Shown here: in pieces, positions 10,250 through 18,467 of the stretch
How positions within the stretch are numbered: the first letter of the stretch is position 1
Layout: each line of letters opens with the position of its first letter
Assembly (NCBI GenBank): GCA_029855935.1
Contig: JAGSHN010000018.1
Coordinates: forward strand, 64,001-128,000
Direction of reading: 5' to 3'
DNA length: 64,000 nt
Origin: Candidatus Thorarchaeota archaeon
GTDB taxonomy: Archaea; Asgardarchaeota; Thorarchaeia; Thorarchaeales; Thorarchaeaceae
Notes under the pieces: generated by a model
What the model was told of the DNA's origin: nothing
Seen by the model: the letters and a program-made list of their open reading frames with translations, nothing else
The model's database searches: none
Program-made: the position numbers and the translations under genes

Positions 10250-10579
10250 ATGAGTTCGGAAGAAAGTCACGAGAAGAAGCACACTGAGGACGCTGAGGAG
10301 ATTCGTGAGATATTCTCAGCCCTCAACGAGTCAATACCAAGCCTGATCACAGGCCTCATCGGTAGTGTCTACGATCCTGAGAGGGCAGTCAGCATCGCGA
10401 GAGCGATTGGCAAGTTCTATTCCACTCTCAGGGAGGAGGGCATCCCAGAGGACGTCGCTCTGCAGATGACAAAGGACTATGCAAGCAGCTTCGACTTCAG
10501 CAAGATGATGGAGCTGGGCGGGATGCAGGGCGGTCGCAGGATTGCGGTGAAGAAGAAGACCACTGGAGAGCCCGGTTAG
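10250..10579 (+). CDS. Hypothetical protein
   Basis: 109-aa ORF with a FYxxLxxxGIPxxxAxxMT motif typical of a small archaeal family; co-oriented with its neighbours. Confidence 0.75.
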   Translation: MSSEESHEKKHTEDAEEIREIFSALNESIPSLITGLIGSVYDPERAVSIARAIGKFYSTLREEGIPEDVALQMTKDYASSFDFSKMMELGGMQGGRRIAVKKKTTGEPG

Positions 10580-10594
10580 GAAGAGGAGTAGACA

Positions 10595-10894
10595 ATGGCG
10601 CGTGAGGTTCTTGCAGCCGTTGTAGGAGCCTCCCGCCTCTTCCTAACCACTGTCAGGGGGATGAGGCGGGCCCGTCGGATTCTGAAGAGAGGCGTGAAGT
10701 CATTTGAGATGACGCTCGTCGGCATGGGCGTCAGGAAAGATCACGCACGCGAGATAGCCAGGGCCTTCGGGTCACCCGGGGAACAGCTGCTCTCGCTGCG
10801 AAATCTCCTCAGGACCTTTTCGCGGTCGGACGGCGCTTTTGTTTACGTGGCTCGACACGCTTCACAACGAGAACAGGGCACTTCGCACGCCTGA
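10595..10894 (+). CDS. Hypothetical protein
   Basis: GAGGAG SD; FExxLxxxGVxxxxAxEI segment loosely resembling the upstream gene. Overlaps the convergent USP gene at the 3' end. Confidence 0.65.
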   Translation: MAREVLAAVVGASRLFLTTVRGMRRARRILKRGVKSFEMTLVGMGVRKDHAREIARAFGSPGEQLLSLRNLLRTFSRSDGAFVYVARHASQREQGTSHA

Positions 10895-11330
10895 CAACGC
10901 GTTCTGTTGTGCTACCTACCGCGGAGGAGCGCTCCCCTGTGGCCCCGTGACCACCAATCACGATGACCTCGACGCCCTCCTCGTCGGCGATCTTCACAAT
11001 CCTCTCAGAGGGCAGGCCCTCAGCCAGCATCAGCTCGGGGTCAATACCATGCTCCGCCGCTGCAGCCTTGTAGCTCTCTAGGAGTTTCTGGCCGTTCTCG
11101 CGATAACGCTCAAGTACCTCCTCCAAATCAGCATTGGACATCCTAGCCACCTGCTGGACCGTGCCCATGTTGATTACGTGGAGGATTATGAGCCGGGCGC
11201 CAGTCATCTCAGTGAGCTCAAATGCGACAGAGGCCGCGCGAGCGGAGTCCCTACTACCGTCCACTGGCAACATTATGACCTTTGTCCGGCCAATCAACCG
11301 GTACGGTTCCTGATACATGACATCGTACAT
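10809..11330 (-). CDS. Universal stress protein (UspA family)
   Basis: IMLPVDGS, LIILHV, G-x-P-x-x-x-I, VIVIGGHG, VGSTTERVVRRAKCPVLVV. Start at ATG 11330 or 11318. Confidence 0.93.
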   Translation of the reverse strand: MYDVMYQEPYRLIGRTKVIMLPVDGSRDSARAASVAFELTEMTGARLIILHVINMGTVQQVARMSNADLEEVLERYRENGQKLLESYKAAAAEHGIDPELMLAEGLPSERIVKIADEEGVEVIVIGGHGATGERSSAVGSTTERVVRRAKCPVLVVKRVEPRKQKRRPTAKRS

Positions 11331-11521
11331 AGCGTATCTATCTTGGAATGGCTGAAGATAAATCCAGCTTGATAGCGGCCGCAGAGAGCACGCATCGAGA
11401 AAGAACGAACGGCCTCGGGATGGCCATCTTGGTGTCACAGTGGCTGGGGGAGAAGGTATACTTATTACGGCCATCACGGAGTTAGGGAATGCTACCATAT
11501 CTCAGAGAGGAGATGTGAGAC

Positions 11522-12895
11522 GTGTCATCATCTGACCTGTATTCTCTCCACAAGAAGGGAAAGTATCCAGCACGCACAGGCACTGCCATAGCCATCGCAG
11601 CGGTCATTGGCATTTTCCTCGCTGTGGGGTTCTATGCCTACCTGAAGCTCTGGGACATCTACAGCCCGCACATAGTGGACTACCTCAATCTGCTGGGAGT
11701 TGCTCTGACCTCCTCGCAACTGCTGCCAATCATCATCTTGGCAGTTGTCGCGATTGCCGTGCTCAGCACGCTTCTGATACTGGCTGCGGCCGCACTGGCA
11801 AGGAAGTTGGGTGGAACCCTCATCTATATCGGCGCTGGACTGATGTGTGCGATAACACTGATCATCCCGCTGACCACAATGCTGATGGCCGGTATGACCG
11901 TATCGCAGATCGGTCAGGCCTGGCCGATATTCATCCCGGGTCTCATAGTCCTGTTCTTCACCGTACTTCTGGTGACCGTGTTCAAGGGACGAATCCGAAG
12001 AGCTGACAGAATAATAAAGCTCACAGGCAAGATCTGCCTCGACGAGAAGGGGATCTTCCTGCCGCCACTGGCCTCGATGCTGTTCACAGTCATAGCGGCA
12101 ATCATGGCCTTTGGCATCTATATCGCATTCACGCCCATGGACGTCGTACTTGGGAACGAACCATACACGCTGGAGACTGCAACGCCGCTTGCCATCACCA
12201 GTCTCGTGTACATCTTCCTGACGCTGTTCGTCTACAAGTTCGCCTATGCCACATCATCCGCGATGGCCTACATCTATGTCCGTGGTGGCGACCCATCCCT
12301 AGGAGAGGGGGTCACTGCAGCACTCCGTGTGGCCAAGGGACTCGCAGCCCTCGCTGTCATCGGGACAATTGTGAGGGTGATCACATCGCTAATACGCAGC
12401 GCCAGCCGCCGAGGAGGACCGGTCGGTGCAGCTGCTGGGAGCCTCGCAAGTGGTGCAATCAGATTCGTCTGGGCTGCAGTCAACTACTTCACCATCCCTG
12501 TGATGGTTGCAGAGGGCAAGGGAGTTGTTGACAGCATTAAGAAGAGTGCCCGGATGTTGTGGGAGAACTTGGTCGATGTGATCATCAAAGAGACCGGTGT
12601 TCGATGGGGCTTCGCTGTCCTGTCGATGCTCTTCTTCGTCGGGTTCCCGCTCGTTGGTGGACTGCTCGGCTGGATTGCCACGGCAAGCCTTGTCCACGCC
12701 TTTCTACTGGCAGTGGTCTTCCTTGTATTCGCCTCGATTCCTAGCACCCTGATGCTCAGGACATTCGACATCGTCTACGTCACACTACTCTACGCGTTCA
12801 TTCGCCAGGAGAAGGGTGAGATCAAGGGCAAGCTGGGCATTCCGGCGGCCGTTCACAAGGACCTTGCGTCTGCCTATCAGAGAGCAGTGAAGTAG
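11522..12895 (+). CDS. Multi-pass membrane protein, choline transporter-like (SLC44/CTL) or DUF6159-like
   Basis: About 10 TM segments; GRIRRADRIIKL...FLPP and NYFTIPVMVAEGKGVVDSIKKSARML resemble conserved CTL blocks. Confidence 0.6.
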   Translation: MSSSDLYSLHKKGKYPARTGTAIAIAAVIGIFLAVGFYAYLKLWDIYSPHIVDYLNLLGVALTSSQLLPIIILAVVAIAVLSTLLILAAAALARKLGGTLIYIGAGLMCAITLIIPLTTMLMAGMTVSQIGQAWPIFIPGLIVLFFTVLLVTVFKGRIRRADRIIKLTGKICLDEKGIFLPPLASMLFTVIAAIMAFGIYIAFTPMDVVLGNEPYTLETATPLAITSLVYIFLTLFVYKFAYATSSAMAYIYVRGGDPSLGEGVTAALRVAKGLAALAVIGTIVRVITSLIRSASRRGGPVGAAAGSLASGAIRFVWAAVNYFTIPVMVAEGKGVVDSIKKSARMLWENLVDVIIKETGVRWGFAVLSMLFFVGFPLVGGLLGWIATASLVHAFLLAVVFLVFASIPSTLMLRTFDIVYVTLLYAFIRQEKGEIKGKLGIPAAVHKDLASAYQRAVK

Positions 12896-13057
12896 TCGTG
12901 GGGTCGCGGCGGCCGAACAGCTGCCGCTCATCCCCATCCCGTTTATCAATCGAGATATCACCAGCGAGATGCCAGCGGACCACTCCCTAGCGACAGGGTG
13001 GCATACACCCCAACAGACTAAAGCGACTAGGCAGCGATTCTCTCCCGGTGAAGAGAG

Positions 13058-14068
13058 ATGGACGCTGAGACCGCTGCTGCGAACGCCCTTGAGACTGTCC
13101 TCGAGGCGCGGCCGGGCGAGTCTGTTCTAATCGTGTGCGACGATGTCAGAAGAGAGGTAGGTGAGGTCTTCGCACGTGGCGCCATGAGCCTCGGACTCTG
13201 GACCCGAATGGTCGTCCTCAAGACCAGTGAGGACGAGTACAGGACCAAGGTCCCACCCGAGCTTCTGGAGATGATCAACTCTCCACATCAGCCGGATATC
13301 TTCATCAACATCCTGCGAGGTCCTGCACAGGAGACCCCCTTCAGGATAAAGATAATCGACCTAGAGACGAGAAAGGGCAGGTCCAGGCTCGGCCACTGTC
13401 CGGGCATAACAATGGACATGCTGACGGAGGGTGCTCTCTCTCTTACACGCGAGGAAACAAAGGAGATGCAGGAGAGAGCCAAGAACCTGCTCGCGCTCTT
13501 ACAGGACGTCGAGGCTGTGCACGTCACAGCACCGGGTGGTTCAGACTTCACCCTGAGTGTGAAGGGACGCACATGGTTCACCGACACGGCCATTGACTGG
13601 AAGACTATGAAGTGGATGAACCTCCCAACGGGAGAGGTACTTGTCGGGCCTGTCGAGACATCTATGAATGGTGTCCTTGTCTCCGACCTCGCGGCCGGGG
13701 GCATCGGTCCGCTGAAGGCACCAATAACAATCAGGGTCGAGAACGGTATGGTCGTCGATGTCCAGTCTGACGACGAGGAGGCGCTCAAGATCGTACGCGA
13801 GACGCAGGCCACTGACAAGATGGCCAAGTTCGTGGGAGAGTTTGCCTTCGGACTGAATCCTCGGGCGAGGCTGGTCGACGAATTCCTTGAGAGCGAGAAG
13901 GTGAGTGCGATACACGTTGCCTTTGGAAACAACAGGGACTATCCAGGCGTGACGGCCAATAACTCGGCGACGCATCAGGACTTCCTCGTCAGCAGGCCCA
14001 CCGTCGAGGTCACCTACGCAGACGGGCGCACAAGAGTTGTGATGCGCAACGGCGAACTCCTACTGTAG
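13058..14068 (+). CDS. M29-like (AmpS/aminopeptidase T) metallo-aminopeptidase
   Basis: NLPTGEV, GEFAFGLNP, ESEK, IHVAFGNN, HQD. Confidence 0.88.
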   Translation: MDAETAAANALETVLEARPGESVLIVCDDVRREVGEVFARGAMSLGLWTRMVVLKTSEDEYRTKVPPELLEMINSPHQPDIFINILRGPAQETPFRIKIIDLETRKGRSRLGHCPGITMDMLTEGALSLTREETKEMQERAKNLLALLQDVEAVHVTAPGGSDFTLSVKGRTWFTDTAIDWKTMKWMNLPTGEVLVGPVETSMNGVLVSDLAAGGIGPLKAPITIRVENGMVVDVQSDDEEALKIVRETQATDKMAKFVGEFAFGLNPRARLVDEFLESEKVSAIHVAFGNNRDYPGVTANNSATHQDFLVSRPTVEVTYADGRTRVVMRNGELLL

Positions 14069-14077
14069 GTCGACCGC

Positions 14078-15316
14078 TCACCTGAGCCAGTCGAAGGCCT
14101 CGTTCCACGTGGCACTAGAACCGGAGAACGGATTGAGGTAGAGAGTTCTGAAGAATTCTGCAGTGCGGTTGGTCTCAACCGCTCGCTCCCACGTCGGCAG
14201 AACGTACTCTGTTCGCCCGAAGTAGTACGTGTACACGTAGGGAGCCCAGAAATTGACCCTCCCATCCTCGGTCTCTGGAGAGATGAAACGTAGTATGGCG
14301 TTGGCTCGCCTCTCATCGACCAGCCCGGCCTCCATCACATATCGACGGGCCTCGCTGGTCGTCCAACCCTCGACGTTCAGCATATAGGCGGCATTGATGC
14401 GCACGGCCTGTCGTAGCTCGCGAAGAGCATTGACAATGACAGAGCGCCAGCCCGTCTCCTTTACTCCGAGAAAGTCCCTCACAGTGTCGGCAACACCCTC
14501 GGAGATCACGCAGCGCCCCGTGTGAAGCGGGACAATGCTCAGTTCCGTGTAGCCGTGCTCGCGATAGGCGCGCTCGCGCCAGACGTTCGAGACGTGATGA
14601 CCATATTCGTGGTACACGACGTTTGTCAATGAGTCCCGATTGAAGGAGCGGTCGATGTTGAACTGGTTGATTGAGCGATAGTCCCCTTGATAGTAGTTGT
14701 AGCCGCCCCACGCTCGGTCCTGAACGGCCTCGTACTTCACACCGTTGTCAGTGACAGACGCGCCTAGACAATTGAACACACGTTCCGCAAAGAGGCGACC
14801 AATCTCCTTGGCCCGGGGCTGAAGAGTCTCCTCAATGACACGCTTAAGTTCAGCACCCTCTACTCGCCCCGAGTCCTCGAACGAGACAACCGACTCGAAT
14901 AGCTGAGAGTCGTCAGTCACGTCAAGCGCCTCTGCAACCCTCTCCCGGAGGCCCTCGACAACGGTATCGGGAAAGCGCCGTGCCTCGACTCCAAAGAAAC
15001 CCATGACCAGCGTCTCATATGAGACCGACCTGCCATCAAGCCACTCCACTACCTTTGCCAGAGACTCGGCCTCAGACGCTACATACTCGCCTCTCAGGGG
15101 CGGCTCCGTCAGCTCCTCGCGGGCTGTGTCAGCCACAGCCATCAGATATGCGTGGAGTTCTTCGCCCTCACGGTCCTTCCTCTGGCGATCTGGATGTAGC
15201 TCATCCGGCCCGAAGTACGCATCGACAACGCTCACTCCTGTGAGCCTCTCACTGAGATGACCCACCTCGCCGCAGAGCCTGACGAACATCTCACCAGGGT
15301 CGAACAATCCGTTCAT
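14078..15316 (-). CDS. DUF885-like zincin with an HExxH motif
   Basis: DAYFGP, HEYGHH...ISEG, YVYTYYFG. Confidence 0.65.
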   Translation of the reverse strand: MNGLFDPGEMFVRLCGEVGHLSERLTGVSVVDAYFGPDELHPDRQRKDREGEELHAYLMAVADTAREELTEPPLRGEYVASEAESLAKVVEWLDGRSVSYETLVMGFFGVEARRFPDTVVEGLRERVAEALDVTDDSQLFESVVSFEDSGRVEGAELKRVIEETLQPRAKEIGRLFAERVFNCLGASVTDNGVKYEAVQDRAWGGYNYYQGDYRSINQFNIDRSFNRDSLTNVVYHEYGHHVSNVWRERAYREHGYTELSIVPLHTGRCVISEGVADTVRDFLGVKETGWRSVIVNALRELRQAVRINAAYMLNVEGWTTSEARRYVMEAGLVDERRANAILRFISPETEDGRVNFWAPYVYTYYFGRTEYVLPTWERAVETNRTAEFFRTLYLNPFSGSSATWNEAFDWLR

Positions 15317-15422
15317 CCCACGCTCAACTGGGTTGTCGTCCTAATAAGAACCATCCGGACGCCAAGGCAGAGCACCGGAGGGTTTCCCAGTTAATTGATA
15401 CGGTCAAAGGAGGATACCATCA

Positions 15423-15572
15423 TCACCGGAATCCACCAGACACGCAGGCACTATGACATGCACTGTGACAGGCACTATGACAGACACACGCGGAGTGGCA
15501 CGCACTATGACATGCACTGTGACAGGCATCGTGTGACACGCAGGCGCTATGACAGGCGTCATGGGAGACGCA
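15423..15572 (-). repeat. (CHSA)7 + (CVSHDA)2 coding repeat
   Basis: CVSHDACHSACVSHDACHSACHSACHSACVCHSACHSACHSACVSGGFR; synonymous codons vary between units. Confidence 0.95.
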
Positions 15573-17591
15573 GCGACTTGTCGTCTGGAGTATCTGCTGG
15601 AATGGTGCCGTTATGGTCTGCGCCACTCCGTTCAGGATAGAGCCGATGGTGTTCGTCACGTCCGAGATGACCTGCCCCACGGTGCCGGCCACTTCACCGA
15701 CAACCTGTGTGGTACCTGATGCTCCTGACCTCACAGCCTCGGAGACACCCCTGAACCAGTCTGGGACTGCCGTCGTGCTGACCGGCGTCTTGTCAGATCC
15801 GAGCACGTCAGTGATGCGCGAGTCGTGACGAGGATCCATGTAGAGCCAGTACCACGCCCACGTGTCGTGTGTCGAGCCATCAAAATAGTAGGATACCTTC
15901 TGCTCGGGCGCAGGCTGCGACTCGAGCTCCTGCCAGGCTGACTCGATCATCTCCTCATTGTGATTCTTGGTGGCCTCAAAGTCGGCGTTCCAGACCTTTT
16001 CCTGCACCTTGTCTGCGATGTCCTCGATTAGCTCATCGACCTTTGCAGGATCGAGCTCACCGTCGACTATCGCCTCAAGGAACTTCTCCTCGTAGTACGT
16101 CAGGTCCTCGAAGCGCAGGCCAGTGACGGCCAGCTTCAGCGGGTCTGTGGAGATGATACGGACAGCCCCCTTTCGAACACACGACATCAGTATCATAGTG
16201 ACGAGTCGGTCTCGTGTCAGATTCTGGAACACTGCAGCCTCAACAGGGTCGAGCTCTGCCACCACGCCGGGTTGGCCAAAGGTCTGAATCTCTATCGTTG
16301 GCGACTCATACGCAAAGGTGGTTTCGTCCGCCGACCACACTGCGCCATAACCACGATGAGCGGAGAGAGCATAGAGGACAGCTCCCAACAGGAGGACCCC
16401 AAGAAAGACCCAGACACCCCACGGCACTGAGGCCAATGATGATCCCACACCAGGTGGAACCCACCCGGTCTGCGGCGGTGAGACGAAGATCTCCACACTG
16501 AATGACAGCTGCTGATTATCCGAACCGGTCACCAGGAACGTGATCGTCCTCGTGGTCTCAGCCTCATTGGCGATGAGCGTGTAGTCCAGCTGAAAGCCCT
16601 CTCCACCGTCCAGAGTACCAAGGTATCTGGTCGGTGCCCCCGAGACAAGGGTCACGTTCTCTGGTAGCGACATCGTGGCCACTACGTCATAGATGGGTGC
16701 GTCACCGACGTTATAGACAAGGACATGGAGATCAAAGGACGATGAGGCGACGACATTGAGGTAGGATGGTGCATCATACGCAAGGAGGCCGGGAGCCAAA
16801 TACGCCTCGTAGAAGCTCCAGTTCGTGTAGTGGAATACCACAAGATGCTCGTAGGCATAGACCGGCGAGGCCTCCAGACTCACACTGAAGTTGCGTGGCT
16901 GTCCCGGTGGCCCGGTGGTCGGATACGCAAGTAAGTTCACCTCATCATAGGAACGATAGTTGCCCGAGTTGTCCTCTATTCTCTGACGCGAGTCCACGAC
17001 ATACCCTGCATACTCCGCACCCTCCGGGGTGATGCCACCTTCTCCCGTGATGTAGGAGGAGTTTATCAGGATTGGATAGACGACACGAATCGTCTCTGTG
17101 CCGACATCCTGCTCCCACTGAACGGGCGCCCAATGGAACACTCCATACTTGACACCCTCTTCGGTTTCCGTGAGCTCTACGACCCTGTTCAACGAATAGT
17201 ATCCGAACACGACGAGGACCGTCTGCCCGGCCTGAGCCCGCGGGGTCCAATCCAGCCCATATCCATCTGAGAGAGTCGTAATCACCAAGTCGTATCTCTC
17301 ACCAGCGATCTCGACGTAGGCACGACTACGGTCGGGCTGAGAGGTCTCCTGAATGCCTCTGAGGTCAAAGCCCCCAAGCGACCCAGAGACCACGTCAAAG
17401 GTCATCCAGTAGGTGACGTTCAGTCGCCCATTCGGTTGTACTATGACCTCCACGTCAATCCTGTCAATGTCCACCACGGGGCTCTGCGATGGCGTGGACG
17501 CAGCCGCAGCTGGTGCGATCAGAAGACCGACGAGGGGTGAACCCAAGACGAGGAACAGCAGGCATCTTGCAGCGATAGTGGCACGACGCAA
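15423..17591 (-). CDS. Single-pass membrane protein (DUF2207-like + Ig-like domain) with a C-terminal Cys/His-rich repeat tail
   Basis: Signal peptide, VQPNGRLNVTY DUF2207-like start, CARDB-like domain, one TM helix, cytoplasmic domain, then a 49-aa tail with 11 Cys ending GGFR. Confidence 0.85.
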   Translation of the reverse strand: MRRATIAARCLLFLVLGSPLVGLLIAPAAAASTPSQSPVVDIDRIDVEVIVQPNGRLNVTYWMTFDVVSGSLGGFDLRGIQETSQPDRSRAYVEIAGERYDLVITTLSDGYGLDWTPRAQAGQTVLVVFGYYSLNRVVELTETEEGVKYGVFHWAPVQWEQDVGTETIRVVYPILINSSYITGEGGITPEGAEYAGYVVDSRQRIEDNSGNYRSYDEVNLLAYPTTGPPGQPRNFSVSLEASPVYAYEHLVVFHYTNWSFYEAYLAPGLLAYDAPSYLNVVASSSFDLHVLVYNVGDAPIYDVVATMSLPENVTLVSGAPTRYLGTLDGGEGFQLDYTLIANEAETTRTITFLVTGSDNQQLSFSVEIFVSPPQTGWVPPGVGSSLASVPWGVWVFLGVLLLGAVLYALSAHRGYGAVWSADETTFAYESPTIEIQTFGQPGVVAELDPVEAAVFQNLTRDRLVTMILMSCVRKGAVRIISTDPLKLAVTGLRFEDLTYYEEKFLEAIVDGELDPAKVDELIEDIADKVQEKVWNADFEATKNHNEEMIESAWQELESQPAPEQKVSYYFDGSTHDTWAWYWLYMDPRHDSRITDVLGSDKTPVSTTAVPDWFRGVSEAVRSGASGTTQVVGEVAGTVGQVISDVTNTIGSILNGVAQTITAPFQQILQTTSRCVSHDACHSACVSHDACHSACHSACHSACVCHSACHSACHSACVSGGFR

Positions 17592-17594
17592 GTC

Positions 17595-17921
17595 TCACTT
17601 TCCCTCCGAACTCAACTTCTTGGCCGTCGACCGCAGCAACGACTCTGCAGCCTCCATATGGCCGAGTGCGGACTCGATGGAGTCATGGGTCTCGTACCAG
17701 TCGATAGAGCCAATCGTGGTGCGAACAGCCTGAAGACTGTCAGCGCCGTTCATCAGCATCGTAGACAGGGGTACGTGCAGCTGCCCAACAACATCGTGGC
17801 GCTTGAGGTATTCGACAAGGACGGACTCAACGAAGTCGTCAACTGTCGTGTGGTTCTCACTTCGACTCACGAGCCTCTCCAAGAGCTCGTAGACCACCTC
17901 TGAGATCTCCACCGAGACCAT
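17595..17921 (-). CDS. Small protein with a ribbon-helix-helix-like N-terminus
   Basis: MVSVEISEVVYELLERL...TVDDFVESVL pattern; 3 nt upstream of the next gene. Confidence 0.6.
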   Translation of the reverse strand: MVSVEISEVVYELLERLVSRSENHTTVDDFVESVLVEYLKRHDVVGQLHVPLSTMLMNGADSLQAVRTTIGSIDWYETHDSIESALGHMEAAESLLRSTAKKLSSEGK

Positions 17922-17937
17922 TTCGGGTCAGGCTCTC

Positions 17938-18333
17938 CTATTCACCTCTCCGGGCCCTGAGGACCTCAGCCTGTGCCAGCGTCAGGTTCGAGAGGTCAGC
18001 CTTGGCCTCCGCCCACTCGTTCAGCGACGGAAACTCCTGAATCATACCGCTCCAGACAAGGTGATAGACACGCTTGAGGATCTTGGTGGGGTCGCCATCC
18101 GTACCGACGTACTCGAAGAACGCCTTGATCACTGCTGGCGACTGCTCCGAGATGTTCTGTGGTACCTCGGTACCGAATCCCGCAAATGCCACCTCCATCT
18201 CCCTGAGAACATCCATCCGCTCCCTTATCCCTGCTGCAATGACGGGGAGGTCGATGTCAAAGGCACTGAAGCGCATCACCAGTTTCTTGTCGGTTATTGT
18301 GCCGTATGGTAGAACAATCTCACGCGAACTCAT
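17938..18333 (-). CDS. Hypothetical protein, first gene of a three-gene operon
   Basis: ATG 18333 (MSSREIVLPYG), 131 aa. The longer ORF-track start overlaps the radical SAM gene. Confidence 0.75.
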   Translation of the reverse strand: MSSREIVLPYGTITDKKLVMRFSAFDIDLPVIAAGIRERMDVLREMEVAFAGFGTEVPQNISEQSPAVIKAFFEYVGTDGDPTKILKRVYHLVWSGMIQEFPSLNEWAEAKADLSNLTLAQAEVLRARRGE

Positions 18334-18467
18334 CGCACTTCTCTCCAGAGGTCTTGTGCGAATGAGAGCCCATGAGCAGATAAGCATTTCATCTGTCAGT
18401 GTGGTGGCGATGCCAATCAGTTTATCCGCCCTGTGGCGATTGAGTACAGGGACACGGAGACGAGGCA

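Noticed and set aside
15423-15572. Short DNA repeats as a CRISPR array
   Set aside because: 12-nt degenerate coding units with no spacers and no cas genes.
15395-15640. + strand ORF with HYDMHCDR repeats as a separate RiPP precursor
   Set aside because: It is the antisense shadow of the CHSA repeat; synonymous variation preserves the minus-strand protein, not this one.
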